Origin: an uncultured delta proteobacterium
GTDB lineage: Bacteria; Myxococcota_A; Polyangia; Polyangiales; JAFGIB01
Length of the DNA stretch: 64,000 bases
Assembly (NCBI GenBank): GCA_963778655.1
Contig: CAVZVA010000010.1
Location: 544,001-608,000 of the forward strand
Direction of reading: 5' to 3'
Below, in pieces: positions 32,339 through 40,608 of this stretch (positions are counted from its first letter, which is position 1; every line of letters begins with the position of its first letter). The notes under the pieces are model-generated. The model was not told where the DNA came from, did not search any database, and saw nothing but the letters and a program-made list of their open reading frames with translations. The translations under genes and the position numbers were made by a program.

Positions 32339-32605
32339 CGCCCTCTTGCGCCGACGTGCGAGACGCGCTGGCATCTGGTCCTGCTTCTGGGGTTCAACGT
32401 CGGGAACCTTGGCTAGTACTGCTTTCAGTTTCCGGCGCGACCCGCGCGACCCGCGTTTCTCCAGATAGTCTTCGGTCATGAGCGCGGCCAGCTTCTCCGC
32501 GACAGCGGAGTTGATGAGCTGGTTGATCGAAATGCCCTCGCGCTCGGCCAGCGCCTTGAGGTTGCGATGAATCGACTCGGGAAGGCGCAGACTGAGAGTG
32601 CTCAT
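32333..32605 (-). CDS. HicB-like/RHH antitoxin
   Basis: MSTLSLRLPESIH...EGISINQ; stop codon inside the attC R'' box. Confidence 0.85.
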   Translation of the reverse strand: MSTLSLRLPESIHRNLKALAEREGISINQLINSAVAEKLAALMTEDYLEKRGSRGSRRKLKAVLAKVPDVEPQKQDQMPARLARRRKRAG

Positions 32606-33021
32606 TTCACACCTCGCAAACGGTGAAGCAGCTTGGCCGGGGTGAGCACGGCGACACCGAAAGCGTCGAGGGCACCGAAGTCGCGGACATTGTGCGTGAC
32701 AATGGCCGAGCACCCGGCCGCGATGGCGAGCTCAGCAACCATGTCGTCCTTGGGATCGGGCAAGAGAGGTCGCCAGAGGAAGAAGATAGCTTGCCGGTGA
32801 GCAAGCGAGCAGATGGCGTCGATGAAGTCCCGCACGTCCTGCGGTTTGAATGGGCCTGCGACCTCGCGCAGCAGCACATCCTCGTACTCAAGGACGAGTG
32901 GCACGGAGACGGCAGCCTCGAAATCGCCTCCTTCGAGGTGCTCAAGCAAGGTGAACGAAGCCCCGCGTCGCGACCGGAGAGCCGAGACAAGGATGTTGGT
33001 GTCCAGGACGATCCGAAGCAC
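32602..33021 (-). CDS. PIN-domain toxin
   Basis: VLDTNILV, DPKDDMV and VTHNVRDF motifs; ATGA overlap with the antitoxin. Confidence 0.9.
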   Translation of the reverse strand: MLRIVLDTNILVSALRSRRGASFTLLEHLEGGDFEAAVSVPLVLEYEDVLLREVAGPFKPQDVRDFIDAICSLAHRQAIFFLWRPLLPDPKDDMVAELAIAAGCSAIVTHNVRDFGALDAFGVAVLTPAKLLHRLRGVK

Positions 33022-33098
33022 GATCGCATGGTATTGCCGATAATACCACGAAGTCCAGCGCGATGCACGCGGTCACCCGACGCGCTTCGGTCGGGCTA

Positions 33099-33280
33099 GT
33101 CAAAATGGAACGACCGGCTCCATCACGAGACCGTAGGTTACGCTCGGTCCGTTGAAGAGCCAAGACGCAGAGCTACACGTGAAAGGAGCCGGTCATGGGC
33201 AAGACTACACGATACGTGGGAATGGATGTACACGCCGCGACGATCGCGGTCGCAGTGGTCGAGGGACGCGGGGTTCGCGA
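33099..33280 (+). mobile_element. IS110-family remnant (left end plus the first ~29 codons of the transposase)
   Basis: ATG 33195 MGKTTRYVGMDVHAATIAVAV (first DEDD Asp); upstream GACCGGCTCC/GGAGCCGGTC stem. Confidence 0.75.
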
Positions 33281-33369
33281 ACACCTTCGAGACCGCCAAA
33301 CAGTCGGAGTTGCTCCTCGTGGAGGAGCTCCACGTCCTCGACGGTCAAGAACTCGATGGGCGCGGTCAC
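33274..33369 (-). pseudogene. Doc/Fic family toxin, N-terminal fragment
   Basis: FLTVEDVELLHEEQLRLFGGLEGVRE, cut off by the IS110 remnant. Confidence 0.75.
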
Positions 33370-33597
33370 TTCGCAAGCTTGCGAAAGGCTCCGCTCGTGC
33401 TTGCGCACGACCCTGGACTGAACCTTCGCGAGTCGCCGCGCGCGCTGGGCTGGCTCTCGGACCGGCGTGATGATGAGCCGCTCGCCGTCGGTCTTGAGAT
33501 CGAGCTCCGTTTCCGGAGTGATGCCGAGCAAATCGAGAATCGGCTTGTCGATGATTATCCCGGCGCTGTTGCCGATTGCCTGGAGACGCTTGGTCAC
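33366..33597 (-). pseudogene. AbrB/MazE antitoxin with a +1 frameshift near its end
   Basis: KRLQAIGNSAGIIIDK motif; natural tail AFRKLAK* is in the shifted frame. Confidence 0.75.
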
Positions 33598-33666
33598 CCG
33601 ATGTTCATAACACCGTTGGCAACGCGCCGCAAGCCGCATCTCTTCTCGGGGCACAACGCCCAGTCC

Positions 33667-33829
33667 GCCCAACGGACTTGGGTTTCAGCTGCGAGGCCGT
33701 GCGAGCGCAACCGTAGTCCGCGCACGCGCAGCGGGCGCGGACGGCGCTACTCCCGATGTTCTCGCCGACCTCACGGCAGCGCAACACCTCTCCACGCGCG
33801 GTCTTGTCTGCTGCAACCCCGAGTTAGCC
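33667..33829 (-). other. attC site
   Basis: gcccaac-tttcagctgc / gctgcaac-cccga-gttagcc. Confidence 0.88.
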
Positions 33830-33834
33830 AGCCC

Positions 33835-34068
33835 TCAAGCACTGCGGCCGAGAGTACGAACCGAGATCAGGTCCTCGTCCCGTATTGCTCGGACATCACG
33901 CGTCGTGAGCTCAACGAGCGCCTGAGTTCGACCCGATGCACGCACGAACTCGACATCGAGCCCATCCGGCTCGTACACCTCAACCACCGCACCGAGATCG
34001 CCGCGCCGAAGTCCATGCTCGGGCACATCACGTTCAAGCACTACGGTATCGAGCGGCTCGAAGTTCAT
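33835..34068 (-). CDS. DUF4926 family putative antitoxin
   Basis: LDTVVLERDVPEHGLRRGDLGAVVEVY...VEF...GRT. Confidence 0.85.
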   Translation of the reverse strand: MNFEPLDTVVLERDVPEHGLRRGDLGAVVEVYEPDGLDVEFVRASGRTQALVELTTRDVRAIRDEDLISVRTLGRSA

Positions 34069-34406
34069 GGTGCTTCTCCTGGCATCGCCGTCACAAGTCT
34101 CGGGATCTCTTCGCCGTGTCGAACAATCCAGATCGTCAGTACAGCCGCCGATCGCCCAGACGGCCCCTTCAGGATAGCAGCAATCTCGTACTTGTTCCCG
34201 AACCGGCTGAGCTTCCCGTGCACGGCCTCGCCTTGCGCAGCGATCCGAAGCAAGGCCCGCTGCAATTCAGGCCACTTCTCCTCGGAGTACCCAAGCTCCG
34301 CGAAGAACGCAGCCTTGAACCGGCCCACCGCGTGCGTGGGCGAGAGCAAGTATCCGCGAACCTTTTCCGGTTCAACGACCGCGCGGTCTGCAAATGGAAG
34401 CTTCAC
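34065..34406 (-). CDS. DUF6883-like putative toxin
   Basis: KVRGYLLSPTHAVGRFKAAFF...PRLVTA; ATGA-coupled to DUF4926. Confidence 0.75.
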   Translation of the reverse strand: MKLPFADRAVVEPEKVRGYLLSPTHAVGRFKAAFFAELGYSEEKWPELQRALLRIAAQGEAVHGKLSRFGNKYEIAAILKGPSGRSAAVLTIWIVRHGEEIPRLVTAMPGEAP

Positions 34407-34663
34407 GTGTCCGCCTTCGAGGTCTGGCTAACGGACCTGGGTTCAGCTGCGAGGCCGCGCGCCCCGCTACGCTAGTCCGCGCACGCGAAGCGCGCGCGGA
34501 CGCCCTACTCGCGATAGTCGCGCCGACGCGACGGCAGCGCAACTCGATCCCGCGCGCGGCGTCGTCAGTCAGCTATAGGCCGTTCGTAGAAATCAGTGGG
34601 GATGCCTCGGGGTGAACCTCGAGTCGACAAGGTCGCCCATGGTTCGTGCAGGAGGTCATCCCC

Positions 34664-35631
34664 ATGAAGAAGCGTATCTATCGTCGAGTACGGGTCAAGG
34701 ACGTCGCCGCCGAGGGGCTACTGGAGAAGCTGCCGGAGCCAGTGGTGATCGTGGCTCTGGACGTGGCCAAGCACGCGCAGGTGGCGGCGTTCGCGGGAGC
34801 GGAGTCGGGCGTGGCGGCGACGGTGAGCTTCCGCCATCCCGAGGAGAGCCCGGCGTGGCTCGCGCTGGTGGCCGGCTTGGTGGCACGCGGTAAGCGGGTA
34901 GCATGCTGGCGCTCTTGTCACGTATGGGCGGCCCGTCGGAGGTCGCGTCGTCGCAGCCGCAGGCTCGCGCGCTGCTGCACGGCATGAGCCGCGGGCTGAT
35001 GAAGCCCGAGCGCATCGCGGCGGCGGTCGGCTCGGCGGCGACGACGTTGGGAGCACCGATGTTGGCGGCGGAGCGGGAGCGGATGTCGCACCTGGCCGAG
35101 GAGCTTCACCGCACGCTCAAGGCTTGTAAGCACGCTCGGCAGCGCGTGGTGGAGCTCGGCAAGAGCGTGCCCGAGGTCGCGCAGCTCGGCGCCGTGGTCG
35201 GAATGACGACCGCGGCGGTGTTGTTCGCAGAGGTGGGCAGCCCCAGGGACTTCTGCTGCGCGCAGGCGTACGTGAAAGCGTTCGGCCTGAACCTGCGCGA
35301 GAAGAGCAGCGGCGCGCACCAAGGCCGGCCGTCGCTGACCAAGCGCGGCTCGTCGCGAGCACGCATGATGTTGTGGCTGGCGGTGCTGCGCTGGGTGCAG
35401 AGCGATGCGGTCGCTGCCGCCTGGTACCAGCGCAAGGTCGAGCGCGATGGTGGCCGCAAGATGCCCGCGCTCGGCGCGCTGATGCGCAAGCTCGCCAAGG
35501 CGCTGTACCACGTCGGCCGCGGCGAGGCGTTCGACGTGCACAGGCTCTTCGACTGCGCGCGGCTGGGCGTCGAGGACGTCGCTGCGGTGCAGTCGACGCC
35601 CTCGCTCGAGGCGATGGAGGTCACCAGGTAG
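34664..35631 (+). pseudogene. IS110 transposase pseudogene
   Basis: Deletion junction at ~34900 removes part of the DEDD domain and shifts the frame. Confidence 0.88.
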
Positions 35632-35649
35632 CCACGACCTGTTCGTGCA

Positions 35650-35860
35650 TCGCCCGCAAGGCTTCCGACGGGGTGACCTTCAGTTGCAACTCCTGGTCCG
35701 CGCTCGTGAGACCCCTTGTCAGTCCCGAGGCGCCCCGGCGGTCGTGTCGCGCAACGCAATGCCCAACGAAGCTGATTCGGCGCCGCAGAGCGGACGTCCC
35801 ACGTAAGAGCTTTGGCCTACCTGCCCCGCACGACCCGGAACGCATTGCCGGCGAGCACTC
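35650..35860 (+). ncRNA. Predicted bridge/seek RNA of IS110 copy 1
   Basis: Same guide loops as copy 2 (GTTGCAACT 35683, TTGTCAG 35716); ends approximate. Confidence 0.65.
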
Positions 35861-35996
35861 ACTCACCTCGCTCGAGATCGCCCCGACCCTCGTTCCCGGC
35901 GACGGCGCACTCGTGCGAGAAGCGGGGTCTCGATCGATACGATCGTTTGCGCTTGCACGAGCTACAAGAGCTGCAACCCCGAGTTAGACATCCCTC

Positions 35997-36024
35997 TTGC
36001 ACTACACATGCTCGTGTGTAAACT
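35997..36024 (+). promoter_or_regulatory. vapBC promoter with overlapping operator
   Basis: TTGCAC-N16-TAAACT overlapping the TACACAtgctcgTGTGTA palindrome; ATG 7 nt later (likely leaderless). Confidence 0.6.
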
Positions 36025-36031
36025 TCCACGC

Positions 36032-36232
36032 ATGCCCACGAATCTCGCGATTGACGACCAACTTCTCGACGAGGCCCAACGAGTCGGCGGTCATCGTACG
36101 AAGAAGGACACGGTCAACGAAGCACTGCGCGAATACATTCAGCGACGACGCCAGGCCAAGATCGTCAAGCTGTTCGGGACCGTCGAGTTCGAGTCTGCCT
36201 ACGACTACAAGAAGCAGCGGCGCCGCTCGTGA
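36032..36232 (+). CDS. vapB: VapB antitoxin
   Basis: TNLAIDDQLLDEA...TKKDTVNEALREYI. Confidence 0.88.
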   Translation: MPTNLAIDDQLLDEAQRVGGHRTKKDTVNEALREYIQRRRQAKIVKLFGTVEFESAYDYKKQRRRS

Positions 36233-36636
36233 ATGTGCTGGTCGACACGTCGGTGTGGTGGCTGGCGCTACGACGCACACGACGCGTTGACGACAACGTG
36301 CCGCGCGAGTTGGCCGAGCTCATCCAGGAGGGACGCGTTGTCGTCATCGGTCCGGTACGACAGGAACTCCTCTCCGGAGTCAAGACGAAGCCGCAGTTCG
36401 AGCAACTCCGCGAGCACTTGCGAGCATTCCCTGATCTCGAACTGGAGTCGACTGACTACGAGGAGGCAGCGGCCTTCTTCAACCGATGCCAGGAACGCGG
36501 CGTTCAGGGTTCGAACACGGACTTCCTGATCTGCGCGGTAGCCATGCGGCGCAACCTCTCGATCTTCACGACCGACAACGACTTCAATCACTTTGCCCGC
36601 GTGCTCAAGATAGATCTTCATGCGCGCCGACCGTAG
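36229..36636 (+). CDS. vapC: VapC PIN toxin
   Basis: VLVDTSVW, QELLSG, DFLICA and TTDNDF motifs. Confidence 0.9.
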   Translation: MNVLVDTSVWWLALRRTRRVDDNVPRELAELIQEGRVVVIGPVRQELLSGVKTKPQFEQLREHLRAFPDLELESTDYEEAAAFFNRCQERGVQGSNTDFLICAVAMRRNLSIFTTDNDFNHFARVLKIDLHARRP

Positions 36637-36653
36637 CTGCGTGCACCGGGTAT

Positions 36654-36818
36654 GCCCAACGGAATGGGGTTCAGCTGCAAGGCCGCGCGCCACCGCAACC
36701 GTAGTCGCGCACGCGCAGCGGGCGCCGATGTTCCCGATTCCCGATGGTCGCGCCGACCCAACGGCTGCGCAATACGCTCCCAGCGCGTGGCCTTGTCTGC
36801 TGCAACCCTGAGTTGGGC
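36654..36818 (-). other. attC site
   Basis: gcccaac-gttcagctgcaaggcc / ggccttgtctgctgcaac-gttgggc. Confidence 0.88.
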
Positions 36819-36838
36819 AGCCTAACCTCGGCACCTTC

Positions 36839-37321
36839 TCAGTCGACCAGGACTTCGACTTCGATCGGTTCACCGGGTGCCCCGTGTCGGATGTAGCCCG
36901 CAACGATTTCCGCCAACGACAGCGGAGTAAGGCGCTCGGAGGTGATCGCTAGCTCGTGGACAGACCACCAGCGGAACTGGTCGAGGACCTGTGATTCAAC
37001 GGGGTCGGACATCCTGGGCAGAAACTTCTGGACCGCGACGACATGGTACCGCTCGCGTTGTCGTATCCGTCGCTCACCCCAGTTGAACGTGTGCTGGCGA
37101 CGCCACACCAAAGGACCGATAGCGAACTGCTCCAAACCCAGCTCTTCCCGAAGTTCGCGACGGAGGCAGTCCGTTAGGTCCTCGCCCGGATTTGCACCGC
37201 CGCCTGGGGTGATCCAAAACGGAGCGCCCCCGCCGGGCGGACGAATGCGCATCAAGAGAATATCGTGCTCCGGCGTTAGCAGGATTGCTCGGACCGCATC
37301 ACGTTCTACGATCTGCACCAC
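36839..37321 (-). CDS. NUDIX hydrolase (cassette)
   Basis: GGGANPGEDLTDCLRRELREELG Nudix box. Confidence 0.9.
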   Translation of the reverse strand: MVQIVERDAVRAILLTPEHDILLMRIRPPGGGAPFWITPGGGANPGEDLTDCLRRELREELGLEQFAIGPLVWRRQHTFNWGERRIRQRERYHVVAVQKFLPRMSDPVESQVLDQFRWWSVHELAITSERLTPLSLAEIVAGYIRHGAPGEPIEVEVLVD

Positions 37322-37354
37322 GCTCTCCGGCTTCTGGACGTCAGGCCTCGGTCT

Positions 37355-37511
37355 GCCCAACGGACCCGGGTTGAGCTGCGAGGACCGCCTCGCTAACGCA
37401 AGCCTGCGGGCACCGGCGCCCGCAGGCGCCCAGCACGAATGGTCGCGCCGACCATACCGAACATCAAGACGTCGCCCGCGCGGCCTTGTCAGATACAACG
37501 GCTAGTTGGGC
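37355..37511 (-). other. attC site
   Basis: gcccaac-gttgagctgc / gtcagatacaac-gttgggc. Confidence 0.8.
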
Positions 37512-37554
37512 AGCCCAATTTGCGGAGCCCGCTCTTCGTGTTACAATGTCTTAC

Positions 37555-37776
37555 ATGAAGTCCTCGACCATCACCATCCGGCTCGACGACGACCTCGAAC
37601 GCGAGCTCGACCGAGCCTGCGCGCATACCGGTCGAACCCGCAGCGAGCTCGCAAGGGAAGCTCTCCGCAGGCAACTCGCCTCGCTTCGATTCGAGCGGCT
37701 GCGCAAGAAGGTTCTGCCTCTCGCGGAAGCGCAGGGCTACGTGACGGACGAAGACGTCTTTCGCGACGTTTCGTGA
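37555..37776 (+). CDS. CopG/RHH antitoxin
   Basis: TITIRLDDDLERELD...RSELAREALR; TACAAT -10 at 37542. Confidence 0.88.
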   Translation: MKSSTITIRLDDDLERELDRACAHTGRTRSELAREALRRQLASLRFERLRKKVLPLAEAQGYVTDEDVFRDVS

Positions 37777-38186
37777 AGGTCTTTTTCGACACCAACGTGC
37801 TGATCGCAGCGTTCGCGACCCGGGGTCTTTGCGCGGATCTGTTTTCGCACGTCCTGCGTGAGCACGAGGTGCTCGTCGGAGAGGTCGTGCTCCACGAGCT
37901 GCGCGACAAGCTGCGAACGAAGTTCAAGCTCCCGAGGAAGTCCATTGACGAAATCGAGGCGCTGCTTCGCGACTGCACCGTCGTACGACGGCCGAGGAAG
38001 CATCTCGCGCTGAAGATCACGGACCCGGACGACGAATGGGTCGTCGCATCGGCGGTCGAGGGAGGCGCAGATGCCCTCGTGACGGGCGACGCCGCCGTCC
38101 TGAAGGTCGCAAAGCGAGCGCCGCTCCGAATCGTGAACCCGCGAGGACTCTGGGAGATCCTGAGAGGTTCGACAACGAAGCGTTGA
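37773..38186 (+). CDS. PIN-domain toxin
   Basis: FFDTNVL, DPDDEW and LVTGD motifs; GTGA overlap. Confidence 0.9.
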   Translation: MKVFFDTNVLIAAFATRGLCADLFSHVLREHEVLVGEVVLHELRDKLRTKFKLPRKSIDEIEALLRDCTVVRRPRKHLALKITDPDDEWVVASAVEGGADALVTGDAAVLKVAKRAPLRIVNPRGLWEILRGSTTKR

Positions 38187-38195
38187 CGCCAGTCT

Positions 38196-38352
38196 GCCCA
38201 ACGGACCCGGGTTGAGCTGCGAGGACCGCCTCGCTAACGCAAGCCTGCGGGGCCCGGCGCCCGCAGGCGCCCAGCACAAAGAGTCGCGCTGACTTCCCCG
38301 TTCTGCAAGGCGTCACCCGCGGGCGTCCGTCAGCTGCAAGCCCTGGTTGGGC
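38196..38352 (-). other. attC site
   Basis: gcccaac-gttgagctgcg / cgtcagctgcaag-gttgggc. Confidence 0.85.
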
Positions 38353-38405
38353 AGCCCCCCGGCGCGCGCTTCCTCGCAGACGATTCATGCGACACAATAC
38401 TGCGC

Positions 38406-38852
38406 GTGGAGACCTGTCCATTCTGCGCGCTTGCCGCGGGCGGAGCCGACGACGACCTGATTGCCGTACGCACGCGAAGCGCGTTCGCCTTGCCGGCGCC
38501 GAAGCAGCGCCCACGCAATCGTGGGCACATCCTCATCATTCCGAACGCCCACGTCACGGCGTTGGCGGACGTCGAGCCTCCGCTACTGCAGGAGATCTAC
38601 TCGCTAACGGGACGAGTGAGCATTGCGGTGCGGAGTGCCTTCGGTGGTACCGGTGCAATGATCTTCCAAAACGAGAATTTGGCCGACCAAGTCTTGCATC
38701 ACCTTCACATCCACGTCGTGCCGCGCAGCGCAGGTGACGACTTCAAGCTGCCTGACCCGATCAAAGACGAACTCAGTCGTGACGAGCGCGTTCACCAGGC
38801 AGTTGCGCTTCGACGCGGGCTCGCCGAGTCGGCGCGCGGACAACGCGTCTGA
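38406..38852 (+). CDS. HIT family protein (inverted cassette)
   Basis: CPFC, GHILIIP and HLHIHVVPR histidine triad. Confidence 0.9.
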   Translation: METCPFCALAAGGADDDLIAVRTRSAFALPAPKQRPRNRGHILIIPNAHVTALADVEPPLLQEIYSLTGRVSIAVRSAFGGTGAMIFQNENLADQVLHHLHIHVVPRSAGDDFKLPDPIKDELSRDERVHQAVALRRGLAESARGQRV

Positions 38853-38864
38853 CTCCGCCGGTCG

Positions 38865-39037
38865 GCCCAACGGACCACGGGTTCAGCTGCGAAGGCTTCC
38901 GTTGAGGTTGCAGCCACCTCGGCCGCGGGCCCGCGCCCGTCCTTGCTGTTTACCACGATGGATGCGGGCCCACGTAGCACCTCCGCCCAGAGCAGCACTG
39001 GCGGGCCTCGTCAGTCAGCTGCAACTCGAAGTTAGGT
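38865..39037 (-). other. attC site carrying an extra TCAG
   Basis: gcccaac-gttcagctgcga / tcgtcagtcagctgcaac-gttaggt. Confidence 0.85.
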
Positions 39038-39111
39038 GGCCCTTCGCTGCTCGGCGCGCGGGACCGCGCGTTCTGGTTCACGGGATCCGTGTCGTGTACG
39101 CTGCCGAAGCC

Positions 39112-39343
39112 GTGTTCGAGATCGTCGGAACAGTTGTCGACGTCGAGACCATCGCGACTGGTCGTGAGATTCGCGAGCTCCGCCGCCTGCAGAGAGCGTA
39201 CGGCCGAGGTCGGTGGCGGAAACGGAAAGGTCGTTGCTAGGATCCGGCTCAACGATGGCAGCCTCCACACAGCGGAAGTCCACTGGTACGAAGCGCACGG
39301 CACCGGCCGCAAAGCGTACAAGATCAAGCGGATCCTCTCGTGA
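39112..39343 (+). pseudogene. Small basic protein (putative toxin), frameshifted near 39230
   Basis: FEIVG...GRWRKRKG continues in another frame as AEVHWYEAHG...KIKR. Confidence 0.6.
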
Positions 39344-39470
39344 CGGTCGCCGCAAGTTCGTCGTGTGCCTGTCGAACGAGGGCTACGCAGCATCGCTCGA
39401 GGTCCGGAAGATCTACGTGACCGTGCCCGACGCCACCGCACTCAAGCTCGGCATGCTGCGCGTAATCGAC
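39255..39470 (+). pseudogene. Putative partner antitoxin, 3'-truncated by IS66 remnant
   Basis: FVVCLSNEGYAASLEVRKIY...LRVID, then runs into IS66 sequence. Confidence 0.55.
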
Positions 39471-39841
39471 GGTCGCTGACGAGGATGCCACGGCGTGGTC
39501 CGAACATCGGCCGGATGGTGTCGCGGCAGCCATCGGCGAAGATCTGGTAGACCGTCGCTGCGGTCGAGGCCAGCGTCCACAGCGACATCAGCTTGCCGGC
39601 GCGTGTCCAGCTCGTGGCGTCGGTGTGCTTGACCCCGGCGTACTGGACCTCGCGCAACGCTTCCTCGTGTGCTGACGCGAGCGCTTCGCTGGCCCGCTGC
39701 TCCATCGCGCTGATGGCGCCGAGCGAGACCTCGATTCCGAACAGTGCGCATACCGCGCATCGTGATCACCTGGATCGGCGCATCGTGACCGCCGCGATCG
39801 GGCATCGTGATCGGGTCGGAGCGAAGCGACGGGTTGTGGGT

Positions 39842-40585
39842 TCAGGCGGCGGTTTGAGCTTTCTCCTTTCGACGTGAGGGACCCTTCATCTTGATCTTGT
39901 GTGCGTTGTGGACGAGGCGGTCGAGGACGGCGTCGGCGATGGTGGGATGGGCGATGTAGTCGTGCCAGTTTTCGACGGGAAGTTGGCTGGTCACGATGGT
40001 GGAGCGAGCGCCATGGCGGTCCTCGAGAATCTCCAGGACGTCGCGGCGTTGCTGGTCGGCCAGCGGTGCCAGGCCCCAGTCGTCGAGGATGAGGACATCG
40101 ACCTTGGCGAGCCGGGCGAGCAGGCGGACGTAGGTGCCGTCGGCGTGAGCCAGACCGAGCTCCTCGAAGAGCCGCGGGACGCGCTTGTAGGCGACGCGGA
40201 AGCCCAAGCGGCAGGCCAGCTGGCCGAGCGCACAGCCGAGATAGCTTTTGCCCACGCCGGTCATCCCGGTGATGAGCAAGTTGGTGTGCTCGCCGATCCA
40301 GCGCCCGGTCGCGAGCTGGCGCAAGAGCGGCTTGTCGAGCTCGCGCTTGGGGCTGAGGTCGACGTCCTCCATGCAGGCGCCGGGAATGCGGAGCTTGGCG
40401 TCGTGCAGCAGCTTCTGCAGGCGCTTGTTGTCGCGGGCGAGCGTCTCGGCCTCGACCAGCAGCGCCAGCCGCTCGTCGAAGCTGAGCTCGGCCGCTGAAG
40501 GGTCCTCGCGCTGGGCGATCCAGGCGGTGGCCATGGTGTAGAGCTTGAGGGTGCGGAGTTTGTCGAGCGTGGGTTCGGTCATCAT
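39842..40585 (-). CDS. istB: IS21 helper ATPase
   Basis: GMTGVGKS Walker A, LILDDWG, TSQLP and DAVLDRL motifs. Confidence 0.95.
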   Translation of the reverse strand: MMTEPTLDKLRTLKLYTMATAWIAQREDPSAAELSFDERLALLVEAETLARDNKRLQKLLHDAKLRIPGACMEDVDLSPKRELDKPLLRQLATGRWIGEHTNLLITGMTGVGKSYLGCALGQLACRLGFRVAYKRVPRLFEELGLAHADGTYVRLLARLAKVDVLILDDWGLAPLADQQRRDVLEILEDRHGARSTIVTSQLPVENWHDYIAHPTIADAVLDRLVHNAHKIKMKGPSRRKEKAQTAA

Positions 40586-40608
40586 CGTGGCTGTTGTCCT
40601 TTCTCGAT

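Larger units (their letters stand above)
34569..35970 (+). mobile_element. IS110-family element copy 1, with 355-bp internal deletion
   Basis: Near-identical to 45605-47361 but lacks the segment equivalent to 45936-46290. Confidence 0.92.
34426..35989 (-). other. attC site interrupted by IS110 copy 1
   Basis: ggctaac-gttcagctgcgagg arm; removing the IS restores tcgtcagctgcaac-cccga-gttagac. Confidence 0.85.
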
